Origin: a virus
Lineage: Duplodnaviria > Caudoviricetes
DNA: 57,994 bases
Strand: one strand, 5' to 3'
Virus record (IMG/VR): IMGVR_UViG_3300044971_003295
Span: 1 to 57,994 of that record
In this document: one piece after another, positions 57,450 to 57,994 of the stretch
Position numbering within the stretch: position 1 is the stretch's first letter
Layout of the letters: each line of letters opens with the position of its first letter
Notes under the pieces: model-generated
Told to the model about the DNA's origin: nothing
Databases searched by the model: none
Seen by the model: the letters and a program-made list of their open reading frames with translations, nothing else
Translations under genes and position numbers: made by a program

Positions 57450-57639
57450 GGCAAAATAGGGCTTTCTGGCGTCGAAGGGCGGAGTTGAACCTCAATAATA
57501 TTGATCCTATTTGATTATTAGGCAGGGGCACAGGCACAGGGCGCTCTGGAGGCATTTTCAGGGTAAGATAAGGCAAAATAGGCGTTTTTGGGGTCAATAG
57601 GCGGAGTTGAACCTTATTAGTATTGCCTTTATTCAATCA
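57396..57639 (+). repeat. 122-bp tandem duplication covering the terL 3' end
   Basis: 57396-57460 identical to 57518-57582 (65 bp); remainder diverged. Confidence 0.9.
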
Positions 57640-57661
57640 GCAGGGCAGGGCAGGGTAAAGC

Positions 57662-57689
57662 AAAACCCCTGCCTATTGGCAGGGGCTTC
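57662..57689 (-). terminator. Terminator for the minus-strand gene
   Basis: CCCCTGCC-TATT-GGCAGGGG preceded by AAAA (T-run on the minus strand). Confidence 0.65.
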
Positions 57690-57700
57690 GCTCAGGCGTC

Positions 57701-57877
57701 TTACTTAGAATCGTAGTATCTAATAAGTCCATAGATAGCCCAGAGCATAATCGCAACACCAGAGTAGATGATGACTAAGAATTGCCCAGCCATTGGAGCA
57801 ATAATGATTAGCAAAATAGATAGAGCGATAATCGAAAACATAAAGCCCGAGATTGTAGCGAATTCTTTGTTAGACAT
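57701..57877 (-). CDS. 58-aa two-TM membrane protein
   Basis: MSNKEFATISGFMFSII...YYDSK; AAGGGG RBS; own promoter TTGACT-16-TAGCCT (57956-57929). Confidence 0.7.
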   Translation of the reverse strand: MSNKEFATISGFMFSIIALSILLIIIAPMAGQFLVIIYSGVAIMLWAIYGLIRYYDSK

Positions 57878-57994
57878 TTGATACCCCTTTACTTATTGAG
57901 CCTGCCCTTTGCCTGCCCTGATGTAATCAGGCTACACCATAGACACGCCTAGTCAAGCCAATTTTGATAACAGGTTGATAACGCTTGGCAGGGC

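Overview
A 58-kb segment of a large tailed dsDNA phage. The host is most likely an actinobacterium: the window carries WhiB, DUF3039, a ClgR-like HTH, an MSMEG_6728-family gene, an actinobacterial-type SSB, a tmRNA tag ending FALAA and a short-arm tRNA-Leu(UAA). A freshwater Microbacteriaceae-type host is my inference from the moderate GC. Layout: tail/virion genes on the minus strand (1-5.2 kb); nucleotide metabolism, regulators, DNA methyltransferases, a serine recombinase, tmRNA and 2 tRNAs (5.2-20.3 kb); lysis/surface genes (20.5-25 kb); a putative terminase small subunit block (27-29.3 kb); a ~24-kb putative early/host-takeover region strongly depleted in palindromic restriction-type sites (29.7-53.3 kb); and an NlpC/P60 gene plus terminase large subunit (54-57.4 kb). 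The outstanding feature is 38.2-53.3 kb, an array of 22 self-contained expression cassettes built from reusable non-coding parts. These parts are A-tracts holding ~31 GC-TNC-GC hairpins (the DNA-type GCGNAGC triloop on the template strand), a CATTTA box ~30 bp before a sigma70-type promoter, a 5' stem-loop plus AAACGAGG-type RBS, 1-3 small unrelated ORFs, and then a terminator-like hairpin and/or an 11-copy covarying H-type RNA pseudoknot. Just upstream of the array, two hairpins display loops complementary to the cassette RBSs. All calls were made by eye from sequence motifs; no database searches or folding programs were run, and counts are manual.
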